Sequence record: NZ_CP092111.1
DNA length: 64,000 nt
Reading direction: 5' to 3' (one strand)
Source: a plasmid
The first letter of the stretch is position 1. Every line of letters begins with the position of its first letter. The position numbers and the translations under genes were made by a program. The notes beneath the pieces are model-generated. The model searched no databases. It had not been told where the DNA came from and saw only the letters and a list, made by a program, of their open reading frames with translations. This document shows, piece by piece, positions 28,256 to 39,371 of this stretch.

Positions 28256-28702
28256 ATGATAAGAGGAAGATGTACCACAGCTGTGTTCAAAATTCCAAAT
28301 GTGATTCGTGGGCTAGCAGGATCGAGTGACGGAGGGATATCTCTTCCGTTCTCTGCCACGACTACGCAGGCAATTTTAGCGTTTGTCTTTCTATTAATGG
28401 GTATTCCAGCGTATTTAATTTCTAATTGGCTTTTTCCGTTTGTTCCAGCGATTGCCCGTTTCTTGATATTAATTATTATTGTCCCACTTGCATTAGGCTA
28501 TAAATTGGGAATGCAACAGAGGGAAAGCATGAGCATGATTCGTTACTGGATCATCAAATGGAAAACCAAATATGAGCCTAATGAAATGATAAGATTTGAA
28601 GAGGTTGAACAAGATAAAGAAATTCGATTCGAACAAAAAATCAGAATGAAGCGACATTTCAAATATCCGAAAGAGGTGAAAAATATTGAAATACGAGAGT
28701 GA
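28256..28702 (+). CDS. small T4SS membrane protein (ConD-like, ~148 aa)
   Basis: ATG at 28256 after GGGAGGTG. Two or three TM helices. Precedes the VirB4-like gene, as ConD does. Confidence 0.5.
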   Translation: MIRGRCTTAVFKIPNVIRGLAGSSDGGISLPFSATTTQAILAFVFLLMGIPAYLISNWLFPFVPAIARFLILIIIVPLALGYKLGMQQRESMSMIRYWIIKWKTKYEPNEMIRFEEVEQDKEIRFEQKIRMKRHFKYPKEVKNIEIRE

Positions 28703-31232
28703 TATTCTAGCCGTGTGCGAAAACGTCATCTATACAAAAGATAAGAGGCAACAATTATGGGTAGAATTCAAAGGATTTCATACCAGCTTTGATTCTGAAG
28801 CTCAATTGATAGGACGTTTCAACCAATTGAAACGTCTTTTTAAAGAAATGAAAAGAGAGCTTCATTGCCTTGTGGTTCCCGTCCGTCAATCTTTAAACGA
28901 TGTTTATGAAAGATACACACGGGAGTTTCGAGGGAATTTAAAATCAGTTGGAATTGAGCATACAAAAGCTATTTTTGACTACTTGCAGGACAGTGACGAA
29001 TTAGGTTCAGAAGAAAATAAAATGAAATTTTATGTAGGCATAGAGCTCGGCCAAGATACCATGAATGATCAAAATGTAGAAGATATGAGTTATAGTGAGA
29101 TATTTGCAAATATTAAAGAGTATCTGTCAAATATAACTGATCGGTTAAGGGGGCAACACTCAGTTTATTTAGGGCAGGAACTTTTAGAAAAAACAAGAAG
29201 GAGTGCTAGAAAAGTACAGAGCATTTTAGATAGCTTTGAAATGTCATATAAAAAGCTTTCTACAGAGGAAATGTCTGAACTGTTGCCTTGGATTTTTAAT
29301 ATAGGTATTAGACATCTGCCTGATAATAAAGGGTGGGCGGAGAAGTATACACCGGTTTATGGAAAAGGTGGCGAAGTAGTTGCACGTGTTCAAACAGAAG
29401 AAGAAGTTATGAAATTGCAAATGACCGGTATTGAAAATTCCAAAGATCGTCTCCACCTTGTACTTAATCAAACGGATGCTTACGGAAATAATCAAAAAAC
29501 CTATATTTCTTTTCTGCATATGACAACAATGGACGATATTGTATATTTTCCTGAAACGAGATGGCTTGAACCATTAAGACATTTAGAGTTTAGTGTTGGT
29601 GTTAGTCTGAAAATGAGCTATCAAAATGTTGATAAAAGGATCAGTAAGTTGCGTTTGAAAAAATCGAATTTGGAGGACCAGGCTAATCATTTAGCTCAAT
29701 TTGGAGAAGATGCTGGTTCTAATGTATATGATGGAATTGCAACAGCGAATCAGACTATTGCAGAGGAAGAAAAGCAGAGAGAAGGCAGCTTTTTAATGAG
29801 CGCTATCTTTGTGGTAAGCGCAAGCAGTAGAGAACAACTAGATGTTAATGTGACAAGCTTAATAGAAGAATATAGCTCAGTAGGCGGGATACAGCTTCAA
29901 AATACATTTGGTTTACAGTTGAGAAGTCTTATGGAGTGCCTTCCTGGATCACGTAGGTACGTTACGGAATTTATACAGGATGTGGATGTTAACGCTGTTA
30001 CATCAAGCTTTTTTGGGAATCGTCAAGAATTAGGTGATGATTACGGAAGTTACATCGGTAGGACTGCCAGCGGCACTTCTGTGTTTATGCGGCCTGGTCG
30101 AGCAGCATCAGCACAAACATCAACCCAATCTTTAGTTAGGGTTCTATCAGGTAAGACTGGTGCTGGAAAATCAATGGCTGGGAACTCTTTAATTTATGAA
30201 GGTGCATTGTACGGAACAAAAGTGTTGCTCATAGATCCGAAGAGTGAAAGGAAAGACATTTTGCACTGGGATGAAAAATTGACTGAGCTTGGTACGGAGT
30301 TAAATTTTATTTCATTTACAACAAAAGATGAAGATGCCGGGAAGCTTGACCCGTGGCTTATTTTTGAAAACCGACAGGATGCTTCAGATGTTGCTAGGGA
30401 AATTATTAACTATTTATTAAACATCAGTATTAGAAAAGATGTTAAGAAAAGTACGTTGGTAGCCAAGGCATGCACACGAGTTTCACAAAGAAAACAGCCT
30501 GCCATTCGATTTGTTAAAACAGAGCTTAGAGAAGCAGTGAAAAGTGATCCAGAGTTGACTGAGGATGATAGAGAAATTGCAAAAGACTTGGCCAATATTT
30601 TGGAACAGTTTGAATCTATTTCACTGGCTCGGCTCTTCTTTGCAGAAAGGACCAATTCAGAAAATCACTTGGATGCTACGAAACAGTTCAACATTTTACA
30701 AGTAGCAGATCTTGCACTTCCACCTAAAGGCTTGCCAGAGGAAGAATACTCAGAACAAAATATTATTTCAGTTGCTGTTTTGTTTGGGCTTTCAAGTTAT
30801 ATGATTAAGTTTTTGCGCATGTTCCCAAATGATTTAACAGAAATCGTTATAGAAGAAGCCTGGAATTTCTTCAATAATGCAGCAGGAACACGTTTGATTG
30901 ATAAAATATTTAGAGAAGGACGCAGTTTGTTATCTCCCGTCACATTGATGACACAAAACATTAAAGATATACCGAAAGAACTTAGGGGACAAATTGGTGC
31001 TGCTTATTGCTTCAAGGCTGATAATAAAGATGAAATAAAAGCTATCCAAGAATTTTTGCAACTTGATGATTCTGCGGGCATTGAACAATTGCTCCCATCA
31101 CTCCCTTCCGGTTGGTGTCTCCATCGCGATTTAGACAATAGGGTTGGATTAATGCAATTCAGAGTATTGCAGGATCATCTATATAATGCGTTTGACACAT
31201 CAAAAGACCTTAGCGAAATGGTGAACGCTTAA
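28686..31232 (+). CDS. T4SS ATPase VirB4/ConE/TrsE-like
   Basis: Walker A SGKTGAGKSM, Walker B-like IVIEEAWNF. TTG start after GAGGTG. Confidence 0.8.
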   Translation: MKYESDILAVCENVIYTKDKRQQLWVEFKGFHTSFDSEAQLIGRFNQLKRLFKEMKRELHCLVVPVRQSLNDVYERYTREFRGNLKSVGIEHTKAIFDYLQDSDELGSEENKMKFYVGIELGQDTMNDQNVEDMSYSEIFANIKEYLSNITDRLRGQHSVYLGQELLEKTRRSARKVQSILDSFEMSYKKLSTEEMSELLPWIFNIGIRHLPDNKGWAEKYTPVYGKGGEVVARVQTEEEVMKLQMTGIENSKDRLHLVLNQTDAYGNNQKTYISFLHMTTMDDIVYFPETRWLEPLRHLEFSVGVSLKMSYQNVDKRISKLRLKKSNLEDQANHLAQFGEDAGSNVYDGIATANQTIAEEEKQREGSFLMSAIFVVSASSREQLDVNVTSLIEEYSSVGGIQLQNTFGLQLRSLMECLPGSRRYVTEFIQDVDVNAVTSSFFGNRQELGDDYGSYIGRTASGTSVFMRPGRAASAQTSTQSLVRVLSGKTGAGKSMAGNSLIYEGALYGTKVLLIDPKSERKDILHWDEKLTELGTELNFISFTTKDEDAGKLDPWLIFENRQDASDVAREIINYLLNISIRKDVKKSTLVAKACTRVSQRKQPAIRFVKTELREAVKSDPELTEDDREIAKDLANILEQFESISLARLFFAERTNSENHLDATKQFNILQVADLALPPKGLPEEEYSEQNIISVAVLFGLSSYMIKFLRMFPNDLTEIVIEEAWNFFNNAAGTRLIDKIFREGRSLLSPVTLMTQNIKDIPKELRGQIGAAYCFKADNKDEIKAIQEFLQLDDSAGIEQLLPSLPSGWCLHRDLDNRVGLMQFRVLQDHLYNAFDTSKDLSEMVNA

Positions 31233-31273
31233 AGGGGAGAATATCTCTCCCTCTATTAGAAAGGAGATACAAC

Positions 31274-31804
31274 ATGAAAAGGATTATTACTTCTGTAATG
31301 TTGCTAGGGGTTCTTCTATTGTCTGGATGCGGAAAAGAAAAATGTGAAGATACAGAATCGTGTAAAAGGGCTTTAGAATACGTCACATATGATAATCAAA
31401 ATGCTTATGACAAGATGTATTCAATGGAGATAGGGGGCAACGGTGGTAAAACATCAAGTAGCTTAGAGGACGCAAAGAGTAAGCTCCCAGATGACTATGA
31501 AAACGTGAAAGAAAAATCTGTTGAAAAGTATGCTGCTATCGAATATGAAATTAAGCCAGGCAGTGAATATATTTATAAGTTTGTGTTTTTTGATTTGAGA
31601 AGCAATGAAAAAAAAGTTACTTCTGTGAAGATGGAAAAAGTTAAGAATCAATATTTAGCAAAACAAATTTTTGGATCTATAAAAGCTGGCAGTATAGAAA
31701 AAGAGAATGAAGAGCTAATCACTCCTAAATATTATTTCTCCGACAGTTTGACTGAGAAGGAGAAAGACGAATTAAAACCGACACCTGTCAAAAAAGATGA
31801 ATAA
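31274..31804 (+). CDS. lipoprotein (176 aa)
   Basis: Signal peptide with lipobox LLSGC. Confidence 0.55.
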   Translation: MKRIITSVMLLGVLLLSGCGKEKCEDTESCKRALEYVTYDNQNAYDKMYSMEIGGNGGKTSSSLEDAKSKLPDDYENVKEKSVEKYAAIEYEIKPGSEYIYKFVFFDLRSNEKKVTSVKMEKVKNQYLAKQIFGSIKAGSIEKENEELITPKYYFSDSLTEKEKDELKPTPVKKDE

Positions 31805-31818
31805 GGGAGAAGGTATAA

Positions 31819-34065
31819 ATGAGAAAAAAGAGGCGGCTTCTTATCCGCTGCGGTTTATTAATGTTCTGTATACTGATGCTTATTCCTTGTTCTGCTGCAT
31901 CAGCTAAACCTAATGTTATGGATGATTTATCACCAGAATCGGACTTGCCAGATACTTCTGCGCCGGTAGTTAAATATAATGAGTATCCGATCGAAAATTA
32001 TGATTTAGATATCTATGCTGAGGATGAGGATGAGGATGAGGGAGGAATTTTAGATGCTATTAAGTCATTAAACCCCTTTAATATCAAGGATGAAGTAATA
32101 GAGAGTATTCTGGCGTTTCAACAAACCATTCTTTCGGGTCTTTGGTATGGATATACTGTAGTCGTGAACTCAGGATTATATTTTATAGAGCAAGCTTTTA
32201 CTTTTGATCTGATAGGTTCTATGATTGGCTACATCGCTGACCTTATTGCAGAGATTGGCGGTCCATATGGGATTGGCCAATTTATGGGTTTTATGCTCAT
32301 TTTGACTTCAGCTTGGCTAGTGTATACAACTGCAAAAAAACAATTTAGACATGCTATTGGTGGACTTCTAATTGCTGCGCTATTATCAGGTTTTTTCACC
32401 TTGTATGTTCAGAATAGTGAATCAGTTCTTGGTTTTATGAATGACAAACGATTGGCAGTATCAAACGCTGTTTTAAGTTCTTCAACATACTCATTAGATA
32501 GTCAGGATTCTGATGGGCAAGTTAAAGGCAAAGATACACCAAGATACACAGACGCTGCGTCATCGCGTTATGGTTTGTCAAGAATTCGAAACTTACTGCA
32601 TGATTTGCTGATTGTTAAGCCTTATATGTTAATGGAATTTGGATCAACTAATTTAGCAGTTGTTGGGGGAGCAAAAAGTAAAAATGACTTTACACAGAAG
32701 GATATAGATGCTGGTAAAGAAAAGTTGCGAACGCTTTTAAAAGCTAAACCAGGAAGTGACGAACGGAAGAAATTTATTAAAGAAAATTTGGATGAAACTA
32801 TGTTTTCAGCTGAGTATACCAATCAAAGAACTGTATTATCATTCCTCATTTGGGTTCCGGCCGTATTAATTTTGGCTTTTGCTGGGCTAGTGTCTTTTCT
32901 AGTTCAAATATACAGTGCTGGTTTCTTAATACAAGCTTCAATAGGTGTTTTCATTATAATGGCTGCGATTATGCCTACTTTTCGATCGTTTGCAAGTCAA
33001 TGGGCGCTTAAATTGTTAAATTTTCTTGCGATGTCAGTAGCATTTACTTTTTCACTCATATTGATGTTCAGCCTTGTAAATATAGTTTATAAAGTAGCAG
33101 AGGATAAAAACTGGAATTACTTATCTATCGTTACAGGAGTGGCCATAGTTGTTATTACAATGATTGTACTTTCATCTAAACTTTGGGGATATCAAATTGT
33201 TAAACAAAACTTAGAAAAAGCACGAGAATTTACGCAAAAGATGGTCCAAAATTCAAAAGAACAACAAATGGCAAAAGATCGTATTCAAGAAGCTGGTGGT
33301 GGGAGTGGATGGTATTCCCCTGGAAGAACTGCATCATCAGGAAGTCCGAATAGACTTCAAAAAAACATTAACAGGTTGAATAAATCAGATAAAGCCCCAA
33401 TAAAAGGTTCTGAGGATACAGGTAACAATATAGCTGCTGCTGATCTAAACAAGAAAGCTGATAATAAAGCAGCAGATAAACTTTTGAAAAATGTTAATAG
33501 TAAGAAAAACAAAAAAGATAATCGTATTAAGAAACAACCAGGTCATAAGGATTTGGAACAACTGTCAGCAGGAAAACTGTCTAATGATCAGAATGGTAAT
33601 GGCCAAAACGGAGATGAAAAACAGTCTGGCAACAAGAATCAGCATTTAATCAATCATATGCAGAAAAAACAGGCTGATGGAGAACGAATCAAGCAGCAGC
33701 CAGGACAGAAGGAGAATGAAAATGTTGCTGTGCAAAAGAGACCCCAAGGAGAAGAAGCTTTACAAAGAATACGCAGGCAAGAAGCACAAGAAAAACGGAG
33801 AATCCATAAACAGCCGCAAACTCCTGAAAACTTAAAACCAGAAAATGAACGTGGGCAAACAGGAGAATATCAAACCGTAGCTCGTGAGAAAGCTAAAATG
33901 AAAGCGATGGAGCAAAGAACGCGCGAAAACAATTCTGCTGATAATATTGTTCAGCTGCCTAGAAGAGATGAAACAGCCGCTTCTAGTGAAACTAATCAAC
34001 AAAATTCTCATTCAAGAGAGTTGGACCAAATGAGAAAAAGGATGAATGAAAATAAAGGAGAGTGA
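31819..34065 (+). CDS. T4SS polytopic channel protein (VirB6/ConG-like) with long low-complexity K/Q/N-rich C-terminal tail
   Basis: Signal/TM, at least 6 TM helices in the middle, and a disordered C-terminus of ~250 aa. Position matches ConG in ICEBs1-type operons. Confidence 0.6.
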   Translation: MRKKRRLLIRCGLLMFCILMLIPCSAASAKPNVMDDLSPESDLPDTSAPVVKYNEYPIENYDLDIYAEDEDEDEGGILDAIKSLNPFNIKDEVIESILAFQQTILSGLWYGYTVVVNSGLYFIEQAFTFDLIGSMIGYIADLIAEIGGPYGIGQFMGFMLILTSAWLVYTTAKKQFRHAIGGLLIAALLSGFFTLYVQNSESVLGFMNDKRLAVSNAVLSSSTYSLDSQDSDGQVKGKDTPRYTDAASSRYGLSRIRNLLHDLLIVKPYMLMEFGSTNLAVVGGAKSKNDFTQKDIDAGKEKLRTLLKAKPGSDERKKFIKENLDETMFSAEYTNQRTVLSFLIWVPAVLILAFAGLVSFLVQIYSAGFLIQASIGVFIIMAAIMPTFRSFASQWALKLLNFLAMSVAFTFSLILMFSLVNIVYKVAEDKNWNYLSIVTGVAIVVITMIVLSSKLWGYQIVKQNLEKAREFTQKMVQNSKEQQMAKDRIQEAGGGSGWYSPGRTASSGSPNRLQKNINRLNKSDKAPIKGSEDTGNNIAAADLNKKADNKAADKLLKNVNSKKNKKDNRIKKQPGHKDLEQLSAGKLSNDQNGNGQNGDEKQSGNKNQHLINHMQKKQADGERIKQQPGQKENENVAVQKRPQGEEALQRIRRQEAQEKRRIHKQPQTPENLKPENERGQTGEYQTVAREKAKMKAMEQRTRENNSADNIVQLPRRDETAASSETNQQNSHSRELDQMRKRMNENKGE

Positions 34066-34070
34066 GGCGG

Positions 34071-34670
34071 GTGAGTGTTCGTCATAAAAAGTTGGTTACT
34101 CTTGCTGTCGGTGTCGCTCTGTTTTTAGTATCTGGACTGGCTATTTTCTTTAGCTCAAATGAATCTGTGTCCAAAGATGATGGCGCATCAGCCAAGCAGA
34201 ATAACATTAATAAGCCCGCTGAAGATGATTTATCCTCAGAAGGAGCTATGAGTCTTGAAGAGGATAAATCATCCTTAGATCAAGCTGAAAGACTTTCTGA
34301 AGAGGAAAAAAAAGAAACGAAAAAAACAGCTGAAGAATTTGTGAAACGGTATGCTGCTTTTAATGCTGAAAATCCTATTGATAACATAGAAAATGCAAAA
34401 GATTATATGACCGAAGAGCTTTATAATGCTTTGAAAAAACATCCAACTAGAGGGACGTTGACCCATTATAAAGTTAAACCCGAAAAAATATATATTACTG
34501 ACGTTTCTAATGATAATAAAGATCTTGTCCGATGGAACGTAGTTATGCAAGGGAAGGTTTTTGATAAAGAGGGTAAATCAAAGTCAGAAGAAGATTGGTA
34601 CCTTGTTACAATAAAGGATGTTTCAGGAGAAAAAAAGGTGAGTGATGTTAGTGTCAACCTTCCAAGTTAA
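34071..34670 (+). CDS. membrane-anchored acidic protein (~199 aa)
   Basis: N-terminal TM helix ([20 protein letters not shown]), then E/K-rich region. GTG start after AAAGGAG. Confidence 0.45.
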   Translation: MSVRHKKLVTLAVGVALFLVSGLAIFFSSNESVSKDDGASAKQNNINKPAEDDLSSEGAMSLEEDKSSLDQAERLSEEEKKETKKTAEEFVKRYAAFNAENPIDNIENAKDYMTEELYNALKKHPTRGTLTHYKVKPEKIYITDVSNDNKDLVRWNVVMQGKVFDKEGKSKSEEDWYLVTIKDVSGEKKVSDVSVNLPS

Positions 34671-35790
34671 GGCTCTAAACACTCTATATAATTATAAAAA
34701 AAAGAAAATCAAGATCTACATTGGTTTAGGGATCAGCGCAGCTATATTAGTAATTTCGGGAATTGTTATGGCGGTCATTTTGGTAATGGGTGCTTTTGGA
34801 GTTTTAACAAATCAAAAAGAATTAGTTCCCACCAGTGATTATTCTGATATCAATATATCAGAAATTGGTGAGAATCAAATACCAGCAGAATATATCCCAC
34901 TATATAAAAAGGCAGCTGAAAAATATAAGTTACCTTGGACATTACTTGCTTCTATCCATAGAATTGAAACAAGATTTTCATCAATTAAAAAGATGGAATC
35001 AAATGTGGGGGCTCAAGGCCCTGCTCAGTTTATGCCATGTACTTGGGTGGGATGGGGACATCCTTCTTGTAGTGGACTTGGGAAAGGTAATATTCCAAAA
35101 AGTCAAATGTCTGATTTGAAAACGATTAAAAAATATGGCGGTTATGGAGTCGATGCTAATGGTGATGGCAAGGCTGATATATGGGACTTAGAAGATTCTA
35201 TTTATTCCGCGGCAAACTATCTTGCTGCTAGTGGGGCAGCAAAGGGTGACTTTCAAAAAGCCATTTTTGCTTACAATAACGCTGACTGGTATGTCCAAGA
35301 AGTAATTCAATATATGGATTTGTATGGATCAGGGAAAGCTGAAGAAGTTAATTTTGGCAATATGAATCCTGGAAAAGATAAAGGTCCTGAAGCAGCTGAA
35401 AAGGCCATTAAAGCAGGATTAGAGCTTGTTGGGAAAAGCCCTTACAATTGGGGGGGAGGAAGAAATCAATTTGATATCAACAGAAGGTCGTTTGATTGTT
35501 CTTCTTTTGTCCATTGGATGTATGCTCAAGGCGGCGTAAATCTTGGTGACGTTTCATCAGTTGTTACTGATTCACTTGTGAAATTCGGGAAAAAAGTTGA
35601 CGCTAAAGACATGAAACGCGGTGATCTTGTCTTTTTTGATACTTATAAGACTAATGGCCACGTGGGTATTTACTTGGGGGATGGGAAGTTTTTAAATGAT
35701 AATAGTTCACATGGTGTCCAGGTAGATAAGATGAACAATACCTATTGGCGTGCTCATTTTAGTGGTGTTGTACGGCGTGTGGTGAACTAG
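34642..35790 (+). CDS. bifunctional cell-wall hydrolase CwlT-like (lytic transglycosylase/muramidase + NlpC/P60 endopeptidase), VirB1 analogue
   Basis: N-terminal TM helix. SLT-like domain [14 protein letters not shown]-terminal NlpC/P60 domain with [11 protein letters not shown] (Cys) ... GHVGIYLG (His). Confidence 0.75.
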   Translation: MMLVSTFQVKALNTLYNYKKKKIKIYIGLGISAAILVISGIVMAVILVMGAFGVLTNQKELVPTSDYSDINISEIGENQIPAEYIPLYKKAAEKYKLPWTLLASIHRIETRFSSIKKMESNVGAQGPAQFMPCTWVGWGHPSCSGLGKGNIPKSQMSDLKTIKKYGGYGVDANGDGKADIWDLEDSIYSAANYLAASGAAKGDFQKAIFAYNNADWYVQEVIQYMDLYGSGKAEEVNFGNMNPGKDKGPEAAEKAIKAGLELVGKSPYNWGGGRNQFDINRRSFDCSSFVHWMYAQGGVNLGDVSSVVTDSLVKFGKKVDAKDMKRGDLVFFDTYKTNGHVGIYLGDGKFLNDNSSHGVQVDKMNNTYWRAHFSGVVRRVVN

Positions 35791-35802
35791 GAAGGAGAAG
35801 GT

Positions 35803-36300
35803 GTGAATATTAAGTTATTTTTAAATGATGTGAAAACTCTATCTAAAGATTTTTTAAATAAGCATTGGATCACGATACTAGCAGTAGTAACCTTGATCTT
35901 TTCGTGCTACATGTATCTCTATACCTTCAGTGCAATGTTACTGCCTTTTATGTTTGTGCCAATGTGGTATATTTCTGCAATTGCATTTAGTAATCATAAA
36001 ATGCATAAATCAATTAATGGGTTATTTCGAAAGGATAAAACGAAAAAATTCACTATTTTAAGAGTTTATACTAACGATCACAATTTTGTTGAACGAATGA
36101 CAGATGCCGATTATTTAGCAACGCAATCTATAGATTCCGAAAAAGGTATGGTGAATATATCAAAAGATATTCCATCTCAGATACCATATTATGTTGATGA
36201 AGAATTTCGTTATTGCTACCATATATTGATTGATGATAATAATAATATGTACATTGCAGGACAATATGAAAACCAAGAAGTTGATCAAATTGACGACTAA
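35803..36300 (+). CDS. T4SS-associated membrane protein (165 aa)
   Basis: Two TM helices. Follows the cwlT-like gene, as yddI does in ICEBs1. Confidence 0.45.
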   Translation: MNIKLFLNDVKTLSKDFLNKHWITILAVVTLIFSCYMYLYTFSAMLLPFMFVPMWYISAIAFSNHKMHKSINGLFRKDKTKKFTILRVYTNDHNFVERMTDADYLATQSIDSEKGMVNISKDIPSQIPYYVDEEFRYCYHILIDDNNNMYIAGQYENQEVDQIDD

Positions 36301-36469
36301 ATTAATTATAATGGTTGTATGCTTAATATTGGTTCCTTCTTGCTGGTATAGTGCTGATCGGAGATTTAGAATTTTGAGCGTGGTAGCTGGAATTGTTGTG
36401 CTTTACTGTTTTGGCAGTTTACTTGATAGTTTTTTCCATAATCTTTTTTCACCTTTTAAATGATAGTAG

Positions 36470-37200
36470 AGACAGAGCCGGCTGAAAGGAACCGGCTCTT
36501 TTTTGCAGCCAGAGAGACAACGGGCCGCCCTGGCAGCTGAAGGAGATCCGCGGCCGTCGGTTCCGATGCAGCGCCGGCTTTTTTTTGTGTCCTGGCCAAG
36601 CCGGGCCGCCCTGATAGCTGAAGGAGATCCGTGGCCGTCGGTTCCGTGCGGTTCCAGAAGGAGAGCATCTGAAGGAGAAAACGCCCCGCGTTTACGGGGC
36701 GATTGGGAAAGCACCGGCAGCGCCGCGCCATGAAATCTCTGCGTCTCATCGAAGCTGCGGGGCAGCCGGATTCCGGAGCCGATCAGGCGCCGGCTTTTTT
36801 TGTGTCCTGGCCAAGCCGGGCCGCTCTGGTAGCTGAAGGAGATCCGCGGCCGTCGGTTCCGTGCGGTTCCAGAAGGAGAGCATCTGAAGGAGAAAACGCC
36901 CCGCGTTTACGGGGCGATTGGGAAAGCACCGGCAGCGCGCCGCGTCGTGAAATCTCCGCGTCTCATCGAAGCTGCGGGGCAGCCGGATTCCGGAGCCGAC
37001 CAGGCGCCGGCTTTTTTTGTGTCCTGGCCAAGCCGGGCCGCCCTGGCTGCTGAAGGAGCTCCGCTCAGACCTTGCAGCTGCATCAGCACATGACGAGTTG
37101 CTTAGAGCGAAGAGAGAAAGAGCGCGCCGCGCTTACCATGGTGCTTAGGAGCCGCTGTAGCTGCAGGTGATCCAGAGCCGATAGAAAGGAACCGGCTCTT
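36470..37200. repeat. GC-rich composite hairpin repeat locus (A-type), ~3 units
   Basis: Units beginning GAAAACGCCCCGCGTTTACGGGGCGATTGGGAAAGCACCGGCAGCG at ~36680 and ~36895. Confidence 0.8.
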
Positions 37201-37310
37201 TTCACCAAATAAGAAAAGACGGCTGCTTCAGCAATCCGTCTTTTTCGTTATTATTTATTTTAGTGAAGTCTAATAGCATATTTACATCAAAGTCGAAATG
37301 TAAACTTAAA

Positions 37311-37526
37311 TTATTCGTAATGTTTTAAGCTTGCTTCAATAGATTTAATGTTACTGGTTAATTTTCGAATTTGTCTTCGGAGAGTATCATTAACAACAGT
37401 AGGAATATTACCTTCTTGTTTATTTATGAAGCTTTGAACAACCTCTTTTTCTTCAACTGATTGTTTCAATTCAGACTTTAGTTCGTTTATTCTTTCTTTC
37501 ATGAGTTCTTTTGTTTGTTCATCCAT
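37311..37526 (-). CDS. small coiled-coil protein (71 aa)
   Basis: Last gene of the - strand operon that starts at 39187. Confidence 0.4.
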   Translation of the reverse strand: MDEQTKELMKERINELKSELKQSVEEKEVVQSFINKQEGNIPTVVNDTLRRQIRKLTSNIKSIEASLKHYE

Positions 37527-37610
37527 TTTAAAATGCTTCTTCTGTAAATAATTGATTTAACAATCAAACTTTTTAAAGCTACACCGCCTTTTTTGTTCAT
37601 CCATTTTTGA

Positions 37611-38114
37611 TTACTCTATTGTAAATAAGACTCTAGTTCCGTCTGGGTAATCAGAAAGCTTATGTGATACCCAGGAACCTGCCCCGCGGTTATCAGAAGG
37701 GGTTATGTATTCGATGTCTGCTCCGCTTCCTCCTTCAGCGCAAAAAGCCATTGGCCATTCATCACGATCATATCCTTTTTTTGTTGGGATATCTTTCAAT
37801 GATTGAGATCGATTATTTTCCGCTCCATCACGGTCGATAGTACACACAGCTGATTTGCCCTTGGAAATTGCATTTTCTATATGTTTGGCAGTCTCAGGGT
37901 ATTTATCAGCCGGAAAATAAATTACCTTGTCGGCTTTCTTATTTGAATTGTTGTTTTTGTCTGAAGAAACATCGATAGCTTTATCATGGGTGAATTCAGA
38001 AATAAGACGGTTTATATCCTTTATGATTGGACGAATAGGTGTATTTGGGACAAAGTTGCCCAAGGCATAAAGGCTAATTATAACGGCTCCTAATAACCCT
38101 AGAAATTTTTTCAT
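37611..38114 (-). CDS. secreted NucA/NucB-family DNase (copy 2)
   Basis: Signal peptide. [101 protein letters not shown]. Confidence 0.8.
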   Translation of the reverse strand: MKKFLGLLGAVIISLYALGNFVPNTPIRPIIKDINRLISEFTHDKAIDVSSDKNNNSNKKADKVIYFPADKYPETAKHIENAISKGKSAVCTIDRDGAENNRSQSLKDIPTKKGYDRDEWPMAFCAEGGSGADIEYITPSDNRGAGSWVSHKLSDYPDGTRVLFTIE

Positions 38115-38168
38115 CTTTCCCGCTCCTCATAAGGGATTTTTATAAGCATGAAAGCTGCTTTGCTAATC

Positions 38169-38414
38169 TCACTCAGGTTTCTTGTAATAAAACTTGGAGC
38201 TATCAGAGATTAAGGTGTTACTTACTCTACGGATTGTTTCCGAATTTCTTTGAAATTTATTAAAAGGGGTATTGTCGATTTTATACTTTTTTCTCAATTC
38301 TTTAATCTTACCGGCGATTATAAAAAGGTCATCTTCCTTCAAATTTGCAATATCACATAATATTTCGAGATATAGTTTTTCGGTCATTTTTAATTTCACC
38401 ATCCTGCTCGTCAT
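38169..38414 (-). CDS. hypothetical protein (81 aa)
   Basis: Start codon overlaps the stop of the upstream gene (ATGA) in the operon. Confidence 0.45.
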   Translation of the reverse strand: MTSRMVKLKMTEKLYLEILCDIANLKEDDLFIIAGKIKELRKKYKIDNTPFNKFQRNSETIRRVSNTLISDSSKFYYKKPE

Positions 38415-39187
38415 TTTGTTTTATCAACAAAATCAAAAATGCTTTGATCAAGAGGCTTTTCCCCTTGCCCTTGAAACAGCCAATTTTTTGTTTCGCGGTT
38501 ATATTCCCAACCAGCTTTTTTTAAAGCCGCGCTTAATTGCTCTAAGTTAATGCTTGGTATCTTTTTAGCAATGCTTGCTAATGTTATACCTGGTTGTCTG
38601 GTTGCGGAGAGAACTTCACGTAAGGTTGGGTTTTCACCTATATTGATTGAATTTAGTTCACTCAACTCTTTATGCCATTTCTTTATATCCGATCTGTCGA
38701 ACCCTTCCTGGGTTAGAGTAGAAGGGATTTCATTAGGGGTATCCAAATAATATTGCAACTGTTTTAACGCTTCGGGTAGGGGACCGAAACTGTGTATTGT
38801 TTTGTGTCTTTGCCCTTTCCCTGGGACTGTCACGCCTTTTTTAATGTACACATAAATTTTCCCTTGTTTTTTTAATTTGACTAAGAAGCCGCTCTTTTTA
38901 AAGTCTGTCGGAGTGGCGTTACTCTTCGAAGCATATCTATGATTTACTTTGTTTCTGTCAATTTTGTCTTTCTGTAAATAAGCTTCTAAATCAGACTTTA
39001 GGTAACGATCAGCAATAGCTTGGATTTCTCCCTTATGCACTCTGTTATAAAATGTCACATGAGAAATGTTCATGTATGCCGCAGCCGCTTTGGGATCAAG
39101 GAGTTGCTCGGAGAGGTAATTTCTTATTTTCTGTTCTTTTTCCTTATCAGAAATGGGTTCATTTGCGATTTTTATTATCTCGTACAT
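38411..39187 (-). CDS. HTH DNA-binding protein (~258 aa)
   Basis: N-terminal LLDPKAAAAYMNISHVTFYNRVHKGEI is HTH-like. ATG at 39187 after GGAGG. First gene behind operator copy a. Confidence 0.5.
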   Translation of the reverse strand: MYEIIKIANEPISDKEKEQKIRNYLSEQLLDPKAAAAYMNISHVTFYNRVHKGEIQAIADRYLKSDLEAYLQKDKIDRNKVNHRYASKSNATPTDFKKSGFLVKLKKQGKIYVYIKKGVTVPGKGQRHKTIHSFGPLPEALKQLQYYLDTPNEIPSTLTQEGFDRSDIKKWHKELSELNSINIGENPTLREVLSATRQPGITLASIAKKIPSINLEQLSAALKKAGWEYNRETKNWLFQGQGEKPLDQSIFDFVDKTK

Positions 39188-39323
39188 AGTAAACCTCCAC
39201 ATTGTTTGGGTATTGTTTCTCTAATTTTCCGTCCTAAACCCTAATAATATCCTCTTATTCTGAATGTTGAAAGTTCCAAAGGGAGGATGCGGGCAAGACA
39301 TAAGAGAGAACTTTCCCTTGTGT

Positions 39324-39370
39324 TAAGTATAACATATGCTATAGTAATTGTATAGCATATGTTATACAAA
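39324..39370. promoter_or_regulatory. Palindromic operator/promoter element, copy a (TATAACATATGCTATA-n7-TATAGCATATGTTATA)
   Basis: Perfect 16-bp inverted repeat. Upstream of the - strand operon 39187..37311. Confidence 0.7.
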
Positions 39371-39371
39371 A

